From NCBI GenBank assembly GCA_002778455.1, contig PFCD01000016.1, positions 2,446-66,445 of the forward strand: DNA of 64,000 nt. Direction: 5' to 3'. The position numbers and the translations under genes are program-made. Of this stretch, positions 35,809 through 44,543 are shown piece after piece. Below the pieces are notes generated by a model, which worked only from the letters and a program-made list of their open reading frames with translations, was not told where the DNA came from and did not search any database. Positions within the stretch are counted from its first letter, which is position 1; each line of letters opens with the position of its first letter. Origin of the DNA: Candidatus Micrarchaeota archaeon CG10_big_fil_rev_8_21_14_0_10_45_29 (GTDB lineage Archaea > Micrarchaeota > Micrarchaeia > Anstonellales > Anstonellaceae).

Positions 35809-36576
35809 ATGAGCGTTATAGGAAAGCAAATCTCGGCAAACGGCAAAATCTTTACTGTCAAGGAGTCATGTGATGCAGGGGGCATAAGAGTGCCTGATGC
35901 CTTCAAAAAATACGGGCCATCCATAATAAAGCACAAGGATTTGGATTTTCTTTACACTAACCAAGAAATAAGGGAAAAATACTTCAATATCCTGCAGGAA
36001 ATCTACCCTGTCATCTCAAAACTTATGGGCGCCAATTCAGCAAAAAAAGGCGAAATAGTGCCTCTTGGAGAGCTTGACAAGGAAAACGGCAAATTTTATG
36101 TTGAAGGAAGCTTCAGGGGAAAAACCACAAGAATGTATCTCTTTAGCGAAAAGCAGGCAAAGGCAATGAATATAGCCCTAACAAAGCCGGCATTTGCAGC
36201 AATTGAGGACGGCTACAACATAGTTAACGTCTCCAAAGACGCATATTCAATTGATGTGCCCGAAATTGCCCTTCCAAACCTTCGCGTCTATTACGGCTCT
36301 TTCAAAAACGGGGAATTGAGGTATATTGATGCCGAGTTTTCAATACCTGTTGGGGAAATTTCAGATGCATTTGATATAAATACCACCCGCAAATTCTATT
36401 CATTCAAGCCGGGTCCTGCCGTCCGCGGCTACAGCGTCTTCAGCTACGGCGGCAGGTTTGGCGTCGGCTTCGGCTTCAACTACGGGCGCATCATCGACGG
36501 CGACAGGCTCGGCCGTTTTGGGGTGCTAGGAGAGCAGACTGGCGCGCAAGCGCCAGCCGCCGCTCTCCTCAAATAA
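35809..36576 (+). CDS. hypothetical protein with Gly/aromatic-rich C-terminus
   Basis: 255-aa ORF with a strong SD (TTGAGGTGCAT). The C-terminus is GYSVFSYGGRFGVGFGFNYGRIIDGDRLGRFGVLG. Confidence 0.55.
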   Translation: MSVIGKQISANGKIFTVKESCDAGGIRVPDAFKKYGPSIIKHKDLDFLYTNQEIREKYFNILQEIYPVISKLMGANSAKKGEIVPLGELDKENGKFYVEGSFRGKTTRMYLFSEKQAKAMNIALTKPAFAAIEDGYNIVNVSKDAYSIDVPEIALPNLRVYYGSFKNGELRYIDAEFSIPVGEISDAFDINTTRKFYSFKPGPAVRGYSVFSYGGRFGVGFGFNYGRIIDGDRLGRFGVLGEQTGAQAPAAALLK

Positions 36577-36633
36577 AAACAAGTTCAATTCTAACCGCTC
36601 TCTTTTTATAATTTCTCAGTTTACTGCTACAGT

Positions 36634-37173
36634 ATGGAAGAGCCGGCAAAAGAGAAAAAAAGCGTCGCATCCCGCGGAGTGCCATCAAAAGAATCAATGT
36701 TTCTCCCGCCGCATGACTCCCCCTTAATCCGCTCTTTTCAGGACAAGGATGAAAATCCCACAAGAAACACATGGGATTTAGGGGAGGTTTCCACCTTTAT
36801 TTTCCCAAAGCAATATCAGGATAAATACCACTCAATAGCCTCCGCCTTCCTTGCATTATTAATGAAGGAAACAAAGGTGGAAGGCGCGCAAATTTCCCAA
36901 TTCATAAAAGATAACAGCATCTCAAAGGCAACCTTTTACAACCGCGTATTGCCGCGCCTTAGAAGAGTCGGCATGGTAAAAATTCACAGGCACACAATAA
37001 TCGCAAAAGAGAGCAAAAGAAAATACCGCCCCATGAGCGTGCACCTCTCAAAAACATTTGGAAACTATCTTTCCAAAATAGGGGACAGCTGGCTTGCCAT
37101 AGTGGATGAGGCAAGAAGCAAGAGCGACCAGCAAAAAAGATTGCAAACATTTGAGGATAAAAAAGAGCAGTAA
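36634..37173 (+). CDS. putative winged-helix DNA-binding protein
   Basis: QISQFIKDNSISKATFYNRVLPRLRRVGMVKIHR looks like an HTH plus wing. Otherwise I do not recognise it. Confidence 0.45.
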   Translation: MEEPAKEKKSVASRGVPSKESMFLPPHDSPLIRSFQDKDENPTRNTWDLGEVSTFIFPKQYQDKYHSIASAFLALLMKETKVEGAQISQFIKDNSISKATFYNRVLPRLRRVGMVKIHRHTIIAKESKRKYRPMSVHLSKTFGNYLSKIGDSWLAIVDEARSKSDQQKRLQTFEDKKEQ

Positions 37174-37217
37174 GCCTGAAAAAACCTTTTATATAATTTC
37201 TGCAAAATAAGAAAAAT

Positions 37218-37985
37218 TCAAATTTCCTCAAAAACATCCTCGTTAGGATACACTACAAGCCCCTCGCCCGGCACAATATCAAACGGGCATATTTTTTGGG
37301 TATGGTTTGTGCCTCTCATTTTAAATATCTCAATCGCCCTTATGCGCGCATTATTTTTGCGGGGGCGATGAAGCGCAATTACGGCATCAGTCAAATATTC
37401 CATTCCAAAGTCGGTCCTTACGGAGGCGTTTCTTACAGCCTCTCCGGAAAACACGGTAGTGCATTTCCATTTTCTAATCATGTCAAAAAGCTCTAATTGC
37501 GCCTCTCTTGCCTGGTATTTTGAGCCGAATAGAACCACATAAGATGTAAGCGAATCAACAACAACCCTTTTTGCCCCAATATCTGTAATCGTGTCCCAGA
37601 TAAGCCCCCCTCCCTCCTCCGAGAGCTTTTTCACCTCGTTGGGAGTATAATTAATTATTGAGAGCTTCCCCTCTTTCTCAAGGGATTTTAAGTCCCACCC
37701 ATAATCAAGGGAATGCCTAATTATGTTCTCTTTTGGCTCCTCCAAAGAAAGTATGATGCCAGGCTCGTCATAAAACGCGGCGCCTGTGTAAATAAACTGG
37801 TTTAGAAAAGTGGATTTGCCGCTTCCTGCCCCTCCCATCACAAGCACGGAAGAATTTCTCTCAAACCCTCCGCCGCAAAGCTCGTCAAGCCCCGGAATTC
37901 CTGTCGGCACACGCGAGAAATCCTCAGGCTCGCCTTCCCTTATCTGCGATATTTTCACTTTTGCCTCCTGCTTTGCCATATTCAT
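37218..37985 (-). CDS. KaiC-like / RecA-superfamily ATPase
   Basis: GIPGLDELCGGGFERNSSVLVMGGAGSGKSTF (Walker A) and VVVDSLT (Walker B). The single-domain size (255 aa) is typical of archaeal KaiC-like proteins. Confidence 0.85.
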   Translation of the reverse strand: MNMAKQEAKVKISQIREGEPEDFSRVPTGIPGLDELCGGGFERNSSVLVMGGAGSGKSTFLNQFIYTGAAFYDEPGIILSLEEPKENIIRHSLDYGWDLKSLEKEGKLSIINYTPNEVKKLSEEGGGLIWDTITDIGAKRVVVDSLTSYVVLFGSKYQAREAQLELFDMIRKWKCTTVFSGEAVRNASVRTDFGMEYLTDAVIALHRPRKNNARIRAIEIFKMRGTNHTQKICPFDIVPGEGLVVYPNEDVFEEI

Positions 37986-38032
37986 AGCTTTTTAGACAAT
38001 ATTTAAAAGATATCTTCCCCCCCATTTCTTTG

Positions 38033-38776
38033 ATGGCAGGCAATTCAGGGCAGGGGGTGGCAGAACAAACGGCCCAACTTGCAAAAAAAGAGAAAATACC
38101 AACCCAAATTTCAGGGCTTGACTCAATTTTGGGGGGCGGGCTTTTTCAGGGCACAAACCTTCTGTTGCACGGCTCGCCTTTATGCGGCAAAAAGCCTCTT
38201 TTAATGCAATTTATCTACGAAGGATTGCGCTCAGACATTCCGGGGGTATTTGTGCTTACCGACTTTGGCTATAAAGAGTGGAAAACAAAAATGGCATCCT
38301 CTGGCTGGGATTTGGCGCCTTTTGAGAAAAACGGCGCATTGCATGTTATCGACTGCTACTCTTCCCAGTTTGAGCCCTCTTTGCAGGATGAGCCCCACAT
38401 AAGCCATGTGCCAAGCCCGAATGCGCTTTCAGCCATTTCTTTGCAGCTTGCAAAAATGCAGGAAAAAATGGGGCAAAACTTCGGCTCTTATAATTTGGCT
38501 TTTCATTCCCTCTCCTCCCTTCTTGAGGAATCAACGCCTTCTACATTTCACCATTTTTTGCAGTTTACTGCAGGCAAATTAAGAAAATCAGGGGCAACCT
38601 CAATATATTCCCTAGAGCTTGGAATGCATGATGAAAAAGATGTTACCATGGTGGAGCACATAATGGATGGGGTAATAGAATTTCAGGAAGGAAAAGTAAG
38701 AATAAAAGGGCTTGAGGGCGCAAGCCACAACTGGCATGACTACACCATAATGCCGCACGGAATTGAGATAAGGTAA
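38033..38776 (+). CDS. KaiC-like / RecA-superfamily protein with deviant P-loop
   Basis: ISGLDSILGGGLFQGTNLLLHGSPLCGKKPLLMQF has the same fold signature, but the P-loop reads GSPLCGKK (Lys where Ser/Thr is expected). It is divergent from the canonical paralog. Confidence 0.75.
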   Translation: MAGNSGQGVAEQTAQLAKKEKIPTQISGLDSILGGGLFQGTNLLLHGSPLCGKKPLLMQFIYEGLRSDIPGVFVLTDFGYKEWKTKMASSGWDLAPFEKNGALHVIDCYSSQFEPSLQDEPHISHVPSPNALSAISLQLAKMQEKMGQNFGSYNLAFHSLSSLLEESTPSTFHHFLQFTAGKLRKSGATSIYSLELGMHDEKDVTMVEHIMDGVIEFQEGKVRIKGLEGASHNWHDYTIMPHGIEIR

Positions 38777-38777
38777 A

Positions 38778-40391
38778 TTATTTTTTTCCAGCGCCCAAAT
38801 TAAAGATGTCTGTTTCCAAATCCTTTTCTTTAAGAAGCTTATTTGAAATTTTCTCCAAAATCCTTTTCTTAAACTCTTTATATTCTTCCGGCTTTAATTG
38901 CACGTTGCCGACTGCAAACCTGAGATTTTTCACATTAAAGCAAAACATGCAGTCATTGCAATTCTCAATATTGTGGGAAAAATAACAGTCAGAGCATTGG
39001 TGCGAATCGCTAACTTCCAAACACCTTGTAATTTTATGGCAATTATAGCAATTTATGCAAAACCCGCTCTCCCACGCAGTATATGCGCCAAATATAGCTT
39101 CTGACTCATAAGGCCAGAAAGAATAAGCTGTCTGCTTTGAGCGAATCGGCGCGCTTCCCATATAAGCATCCTGCGCGTCTATGAGCACGGTCGCCCCTTT
39201 GCAATTTACGCATTTTCCAACCTCTTTGTCAAGGTTTGAATATGCCACTTTATGAAAATTCTTGCAAACAGATTCCAGCTTTCCCGCATCCACTCCCTCA
39301 ACATTTTCCCTCTCAACAAAATAATCTGCCACCCGCCTCATCTCGCTCTCAGGCAAAAACCTTCCCTCAAGCTCAAAAAGCTCTGATATGCGCCTGCGAT
39401 AACCTGTCACAAGCACCTCTTTACCGCTAAAAGGGGATTTCATAGGAACATTTTCAGGCACATGCCGATACAGCCATTTCTCATACTGGCGCATCTCTCC
39501 CAAATCAACGCCAAGCAAAAGCTTTGAGGTTTTTGAAAACGCCTTTTGTATGGGAGTTATGTCAAAGCTTCTCTCCTTATCATTATCCGCAACATTCAGC
39601 TTCTCATGCGGGTATTTTCTACACTCCTGAAAAATTGAGAAAAGCGAATAAATTTTCTTTTTTGCCTCAAGCTCATCAGCAATCTGGCAAACCAGTTTTT
39701 TCTTTAATTTCAAATACTCCTCTTTCGCTAATTGCAAATTCCCTATAAGATTCCTTTTTCCTATCCCCCCGAAAGAGAACATGCAGTCATTGGAATTTTG
39801 CATGCTTCCGCAAAAATAGCAGTCTGAGGTAAGCTCGCAGGAGTGTGACTCAAGGCAGCGCATAATTTTGCTGCCAGAGCACATCATTGCATGCACAGAA
39901 GCCGTTGCCCCATACTGCCCCCAGCAATATTCGCACCCATGCAAATACCTTGTGCGCGAGGCAAATTTCGAGCCCTGCACAATGGCGCAATTTCGTATAA
40001 AATGGCTGTTCATCACGTCTGTTGAGCCTTCGATGTTTGAGGAATTTCCAAGCACAATGTTTCCTGTGTAATAAGCCCTCTCCTTTATAGCGTTTGCAAT
40101 AGAGTCAATATCCTTTAACTCATTAATGTTAAGCGGCTCATATTTTTTGGAATAATCAAGCTCGTCATGGCTCAAATATTTTGCATCTTGCGCAAAATCA
40201 TCTTTTGAGAGCACAACTTTTTTCCCTGTTAAAGAGGATTTTCTCTCATAAGGCCCTTCAATATAATGCCCAAGCCATTTTTCATAATCTTCCAAGTCGC
40301 CTATGTCGCGCCCGAAAATTATCTTGCAGCTTGTTTTCCAAGCGTTATTTATTTCTTTGCAAGGTTCTGTATTTTCCAAGGCTTTCACCAT
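38778..40391 (-). CDS. Cys-rich protein of unknown function made of two homologous halves
   Basis: Both halves share YEKWL, (T/S)GK.V, RCLE.S..C..CYF.....N.NDCMF.F and GN(L/V)QL..EEY...KK. The ATG at 40391 overlaps the upstream stop (ATGGTGA). The longer track start at 40475 would overlap the upstream gene by 91 nt. Confidence 0.65.
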   Translation of the reverse strand: MVKALENTEPCKEINNAWKTSCKIIFGRDIGDLEDYEKWLGHYIEGPYERKSSLTGKKVVLSKDDFAQDAKYLSHDELDYSKKYEPLNINELKDIDSIANAIKERAYYTGNIVLGNSSNIEGSTDVMNSHFIRNCAIVQGSKFASRTRYLHGCEYCWGQYGATASVHAMMCSGSKIMRCLESHSCELTSDCYFCGSMQNSNDCMFSFGGIGKRNLIGNLQLAKEEYLKLKKKLVCQIADELEAKKKIYSLFSIFQECRKYPHEKLNVADNDKERSFDITPIQKAFSKTSKLLLGVDLGEMRQYEKWLYRHVPENVPMKSPFSGKEVLVTGYRRRISELFELEGRFLPESEMRRVADYFVERENVEGVDAGKLESVCKNFHKVAYSNLDKEVGKCVNCKGATVLIDAQDAYMGSAPIRSKQTAYSFWPYESEAIFGAYTAWESGFCINCYNCHKITRCLEVSDSHQCSDCYFSHNIENCNDCMFCFNVKNLRFAVGNVQLKPEEYKEFKKRILEKISNKLLKEKDLETDIFNLGAGKK

Positions 40392-41089
40392 TTCTCGCAA
40401 TGCACCCTTTCCTTCTCCACGCCGCCCTCCAAAAGCTGGGAATTTATTGCCTCTGCAAACCCTTTCGAGCCGCAAATGAAAAAGTGCGCCCCCTCCATTT
40501 TTGGGCAGTGTTTTTTTATCACATTAAAATCAATATGCCCTCTCTCGCATTTCACACCTGCCGGGCATTCGCGGGTAATTGAATATATCAGCTTAAATTC
40601 AGGGTGTTTGGCAGCATACTCGTCAAGCAATTTTTTGTATGCAACCTCTTCCAAATACTTATTTGAGTAAAATAAGCATATCTCTTTTTTTTCTTTTTGC
40701 AAAAGCTCCTCAATCATGCACAAAAGCGGCGTAATGCCTACTCCCCCAGCCAAAAAAACATATTTTGAAGCGGTTTCAGGCAATCCAAAAATTCCAAAAG
40801 GGCCGGATATTTCAACTTCGCTTCCCTCACTCAAGCCAGTAAGCGCGGCTGTAAATTCCCCCTCCACCTTTATCCCAAAGCAAATTCTTTTCCCGTCAAA
40901 GGGATGCAAAATGGAATATGAGCGAAAGTTATGCTTAATTTCTGCAGGCACATGAATATTTTTCACAATAGCAAACTGCCCTGCTTTGTAAGGGAAAACG
41001 TTTCCCTCTTTAGGAGAAAACTCAAGAGTCCATACTGTTTTGCTTTCCTGAGTTTTTTTCGCAAGCGCATATTTTTCATATTTTGGCAT
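40385..41089 (-). CDS. FNR-family flavin reductase (FAD/NAD(P)H-binding oxidoreductase)
   Basis: RSYSI (RxYS FAD motif), the beta-barrel FAD domain, and FLAGGVGITP (NAD(P)H GGxGxxP). I see no obvious Fe-S domain. Confidence 0.8.
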   Translation of the reverse strand: MPKYEKYALAKKTQESKTVWTLEFSPKEGNVFPYKAGQFAIVKNIHVPAEIKHNFRSYSILHPFDGKRICFGIKVEGEFTAALTGLSEGSEVEISGPFGIFGLPETASKYVFLAGGVGITPLLCMIEELLQKEKKEICLFYSNKYLEEVAYKKLLDEYAAKHPEFKLIYSITRECPAGVKCERGHIDFNVIKKHCPKMEGAHFFICGSKGFAEAINSQLLEGGVEKERVHCEKW

Positions 41090-41258
41090 ATGCCATTTTT
41101 GGCATAAAGAAAATAAAAACCCCTATTAAAAGAGAAAAAACCCGGGGAAAATATTTCTCCCTTTTAAAAGCACATTTATAAGTTTTACACACTCTAAATA
41201 AAACATCGCGCTTTTGAAGTAGGCGGTTATCTTAATTCAACCGTTAATTTGTGATAAA

Positions 41259-41600
41259 ATGAGCGAGACAACAAAAGACAAATCCTCCGAAAGCTTCCTA
41301 AAGGAGGTAAGCGCCGTGTGCGCCGCAGAGGAAAAAGCCCACAAAAAGGTGGAAGATGCTTCCGCAAAGGCGTCAAAAATCGTCTCAGATGCGCATTCGG
41401 AAGCCGTAAAGATAACAACAAACGCCTCAAAAGGGGCAGTCAGCGAAAAAAACAGCATAATCTCAAAAGGGCGCGCAGAGGCGGACAATTCCATAAAAAA
41501 GATTATTGAGGCTGCAAACAAAAAGGCGGCTTCACTCTCTTCAACCCGTCTTAGTGAGCGGGATGCGAAAAAGCTTGCAGAATCCCTTCTGGAAGATTAG
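41259..41600 (+). CDS. atpH: A-type ATP synthase subunit H
   Basis: A small helical Ala/Lys/Glu-rich protein in first position of the H-I-K-E-C-F-A-B-D operon. Confidence 0.6.
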   Translation: MSETTKDKSSESFLKEVSAVCAAEEKAHKKVEDASAKASKIVSDAHSEAVKITTNASKGAVSEKNSIISKGRAEADNSIKKIIEAANKKAASLSSTRLSERDAKKLAESLLED

Positions 41601-41613
41601 AGGTATAAATTTT

Positions 41614-43524
41614 ATGCTAAAGCCGGTTGCCATGAAAAAGGTCAGGATGGTGGGGCTTCTTGCAGACCTTCCCGCCGCACTTTCCCTATGGAGGCGCCTT
41701 GGCGCCATCCAACTGGAGGCAACCCCTTTCGAGTCGCTTGGAATAAGCAAAGGCACCCCTTTAGAGGCATATGATGCCATAAGCGAGCAGCTTGTCAAAA
41801 TAAGGGCAATAAAAAACGCACTTATCCCTGTTCCCATAACTCCCGAGCCGCTAAATGCCCGCCCCGTGGAACTGGCAAAAAAAATAGACATCAGCGAGGA
41901 GCTTGTGCAGATTGCCTCAGAGCGGGATAAGATGAAAAAAAGAATAGAGCCTCTCACCTCAAGAAAAAACGAAATCTCCCGCCTTATCGAGCTGAATGTG
42001 GATTTTGCCATGCTTCCAAAATCCCTTGCATTTCATATTTATAGTATAGAAAAAAGCAAAATTTTGCAGATAAGGGAAAAATTTGCAAAGCATTTCAGGC
42101 ATTCGCAATGGCTTGAGGCGGCAGACCCGCAAAATAAAAAAAACCTTCTTGCGCTTGTGGCAGTTCCAAGGGATGAAACTTGCGCAAAAGTATTTGAGGG
42201 GTGCGAGCAGCTAAAGGTGCCAAAAATATGCGCAACCGCCCGCCAGGCAGTGCTTAAAATGGACGCAGAAATCGCGGATATTAACGAAACGCAAAGAAAG
42301 CTAAATTTCAGGCTAAACGAGCTCTCTGAAAAATATTATCCCCAATGCGCCCGCCTTGAGGAGGCTTTGGCGCTGGACGCAAAGCTTGCGCGCACGGCTT
42401 CAAAATTCGCAAACAGCGGCAAATGCTTTTATGCGCAAGGCTGGATAAAGGCGGATGATTTTGCAAGATTTGAGCGAACCAGCCGAAAATTCCTAAACGA
42501 TAACATAGACATAAGGTGCATCCCCGAGCATCTGCACAATAACATCGGCTGTCCCACAGTTCTCTCAAACCCAAAGCCTGCGCGCCCTTTCCAATTTTTG
42601 GTGGAATTTCTCTCAATCCCCCGCCCGGATGAGATAGACCCTTCATTTTTCCTTCTCTTCACGATTCCCATTGTTTATGCGCTTATAGTAGGGGATGCCG
42701 GATACGCGGTAGTAACTCTTATCCTCGCTTACCTCATAAACAAAAAAGTGCAAAAAGGCGGGATGATGGACAACTTCACCCGCATTTGGATGCTGGGCGC
42801 GCTTCCGACATTTATTTTCGGGATTTTATTTGATGAATACTTTGGCTACTCGCACGCGCAAATTTTGGGAGAAAAACTCTACACCCCTCTCATACACAGG
42901 GTGGGGGATGTGCAGGGGCTTCTGCTTCTCACAATTTTGGTGGGCTGGTTTAACATTCTTTTCGGATTCCTCTTAGGAATAATAAACGAGTGGAAGCATA
43001 GCAAAAAGCATGCGTTTGCAAAGCTTTCCTGGATTTTGGTGCAAATAGGGGGCACCGGGCTTGTGGCAACATTTCTTTTGGGAGCAACAGGCATGGAAGT
43101 GGGATTGCCAAGCATAATAATATTTGCAATAGGCGCCGCCGGGCTTTTGGTGTTTGAGGGAGTAATGGGGCTTGTGGAAATTCCGGGCCTTGCATCCAAT
43201 ATCATGTCATATGTCCGTATCGCGGCGGTGGGAATAGCGGGGGTTATTTTGGCAGAGGCAATAAATTCCCTTCTTGCGCCAGACCCGGCGTCACTGGCAA
43301 CCTTGGAGGGCATGGTTATATTTATTCTCATATCAATAGCATATGCTATTGCGCACGCGGTAAATGCGTTTGTGGCAATGTTTGAGAGCTTTATTCACGG
43401 CTCCAGGCTGTCTGTGATAGAGTTTTTCGGCAAGTTTTACAAAGGGGGAGGCACTTCATTCTCCCCTCTCACGCTCAGGAGAAAATACACTCTTGAGCCT
43501 AATGTTCAACCAAACATGGATTGA
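41614..43524 (+). CDS. atpI: A-type ATP synthase subunit I (a-subunit)
   Basis: About 300 aa of cytoplasmic domain plus a C-terminal polytopic membrane domain with the conserved Arg context (SYVRIAAVG). The ATG at 41614 follows AGAGGT; the track start at 41506 overlaps atpH. Confidence 0.85.
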   Translation: MLKPVAMKKVRMVGLLADLPAALSLWRRLGAIQLEATPFESLGISKGTPLEAYDAISEQLVKIRAIKNALIPVPITPEPLNARPVELAKKIDISEELVQIASERDKMKKRIEPLTSRKNEISRLIELNVDFAMLPKSLAFHIYSIEKSKILQIREKFAKHFRHSQWLEAADPQNKKNLLALVAVPRDETCAKVFEGCEQLKVPKICATARQAVLKMDAEIADINETQRKLNFRLNELSEKYYPQCARLEEALALDAKLARTASKFANSGKCFYAQGWIKADDFARFERTSRKFLNDNIDIRCIPEHLHNNIGCPTVLSNPKPARPFQFLVEFLSIPRPDEIDPSFFLLFTIPIVYALIVGDAGYAVVTLILAYLINKKVQKGGMMDNFTRIWMLGALPTFIFGILFDEYFGYSHAQILGEKLYTPLIHRVGDVQGLLLLTILVGWFNILFGFLLGIINEWKHSKKHAFAKLSWILVQIGGTGLVATFLLGATGMEVGLPSIIIFAIGAAGLLVFEGVMGLVEIPGLASNIMSYVRIAAVGIAGVILAEAINSLLAPDPASLATLEGMVIFILISIAYAIAHAVNAFVAMFESFIHGSRLSVIEFFGKFYKGGGTSFSPLTLRRKYTLEPNVQPNMD

Positions 43525-43547
43525 TAAAATTAAAGAGGTGTAAATGT

Positions 43548-43811
43548 ATGGCAGACGCAACAACTGGGGCTTTGATAGGAAAGGAGGCCGGCCTTGCGCT
43601 GGCTGCAGGAATCTCAATGGCAGGAGCCGCTCTTGCAACAGCATGGGCACAGGCATCCATTGGTTCTGCAATCATGGGTGTAATAGCCGAGAGGCCTGAG
43701 GAGATGATGAAACTTATCATCTACATGGCTTTGCCCGAGCTTTTGGTATTGCTCGGTTTCGTGGTATCCTTCCTTATGCTTGAGGAGCTCAAAGTGCCGG
43801 TGGCTCACTAA
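43548..43811 (+). CDS. atpK: A-type ATP synthase proteolipid subunit K (c)
   Basis: An 87-aa two-helix hairpin with a Gly/Ala-rich helix 1 and the carboxylate in helix 2 (MALPELLVLLGF). The ATG follows AGAGGTG. Confidence 0.85.
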   Translation: MADATTGALIGKEAGLALAAGISMAGAALATAWAQASIGSAIMGVIAERPEEMMKLIIYMALPELLVLLGFVVSFLMLEELKVPVAH

Positions 43812-43832
43812 TTTCCCAAAAAGAGTGAGACT

Positions 43833-44543
43833 ATGGGCTTGGAGAAACTCTGTGCAGAAATTGAGGATGATTCCCGCAAGCGCTCAGATGAAATCATAAA
43901 ACAAGCGCAAAAAGAGGCAAAAGAGATTCTCTCTTCTGCCAAGCAGGGCGCAAAATCCTCTGTAGAGGCGGCAAAGGCGCAGGCAAAAAAGTTCTCCCGC
44001 TCCGAGAGCGAGGAGCGCATCACTGCGGCGCAGCTGGAAGCTCAGAAGCTTCTCTCCGAGGCAAGGGACGAGGCAGTAAAAAAAAGCCTCTCGCAGGCAT
44101 GGGAGCAGTTCTCTGATGCAAAAAAACTTCCTCAATACCAAAAAAAGCTTCGCGCATGGGCGCAAAAGGCGCTTGATGAGCTCTCGCTGCCCGGTGCAGT
44201 TGTGCAATGCAACCAAGCAGACAGGCAGGCTCTCTTAAACGCCGGTTTTAAGCTCTCGCCGGAGCCGATAGAGTGCGCCGGAGGCGCAAGGGCGGCAAGC
44301 CGTGATGGCAAAATTGTGGTGGATTACACCCTTGAGGCGCAGTTTGACCAGAAAAAGGAAGAGCTCTCGCGCAAGGTGCACTCGATTTTGTTTGCAGGCG
44401 AAACCGGCTCTTTAGCAAAGCAGGGCGCAAAAAAACAGGGGGCAAAACAAAAAAAAGCCGGTTCAAAAAAGGCAAAGGCAAAAAAAATCGCAGGAAAAAA
44501 TGCAAAAAAGAAAAGCAGCCGCAAAAGGCGGGGTGGGCGCTAG
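43833..44543 (+). CDS. atpE: A-type ATP synthase subunit E with Lys-rich C-terminal extension
   Basis: The N-terminal helix (LEKLCAEIEDDSRKRSDEIIKQAQKEAKEIL) and operon position fit subunit E. The tail is KQGAKKQGAKQKKAGSKKAKAKKIAGKNAKKKSSRKRRGGR. Confidence 0.8.
   Translation: MGLEKLCAEIEDDSRKRSDEIIKQAQKEAKEILSSAKQGAKSSVEAAKAQAKKFSRSESEERITAAQLEAQKLLSEARDEAVKKSLSQAWEQFSDAKKLPQYQKKLRAWAQKALDELSLPGAVVQCNQADRQALLNAGFKLSPEPIECAGGARAASRDGKIVVDYTLEAQFDQKKEELSRKVHSILFAGETGSLAKQGAKKQGAKQKKAGSKKAKAKKIAGKNAKKKSSRKRRGGR

Noticed and set aside
35150-41089. Considered calling the TA-to-FNR block a mobile genetic element or defence island
   Set aside because: I detected no integrase, transposase, terminal repeats or att duplication at its edges, and no recognisable nuclease, RT or Argonaute-type effector. 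I report only the individual oddities.
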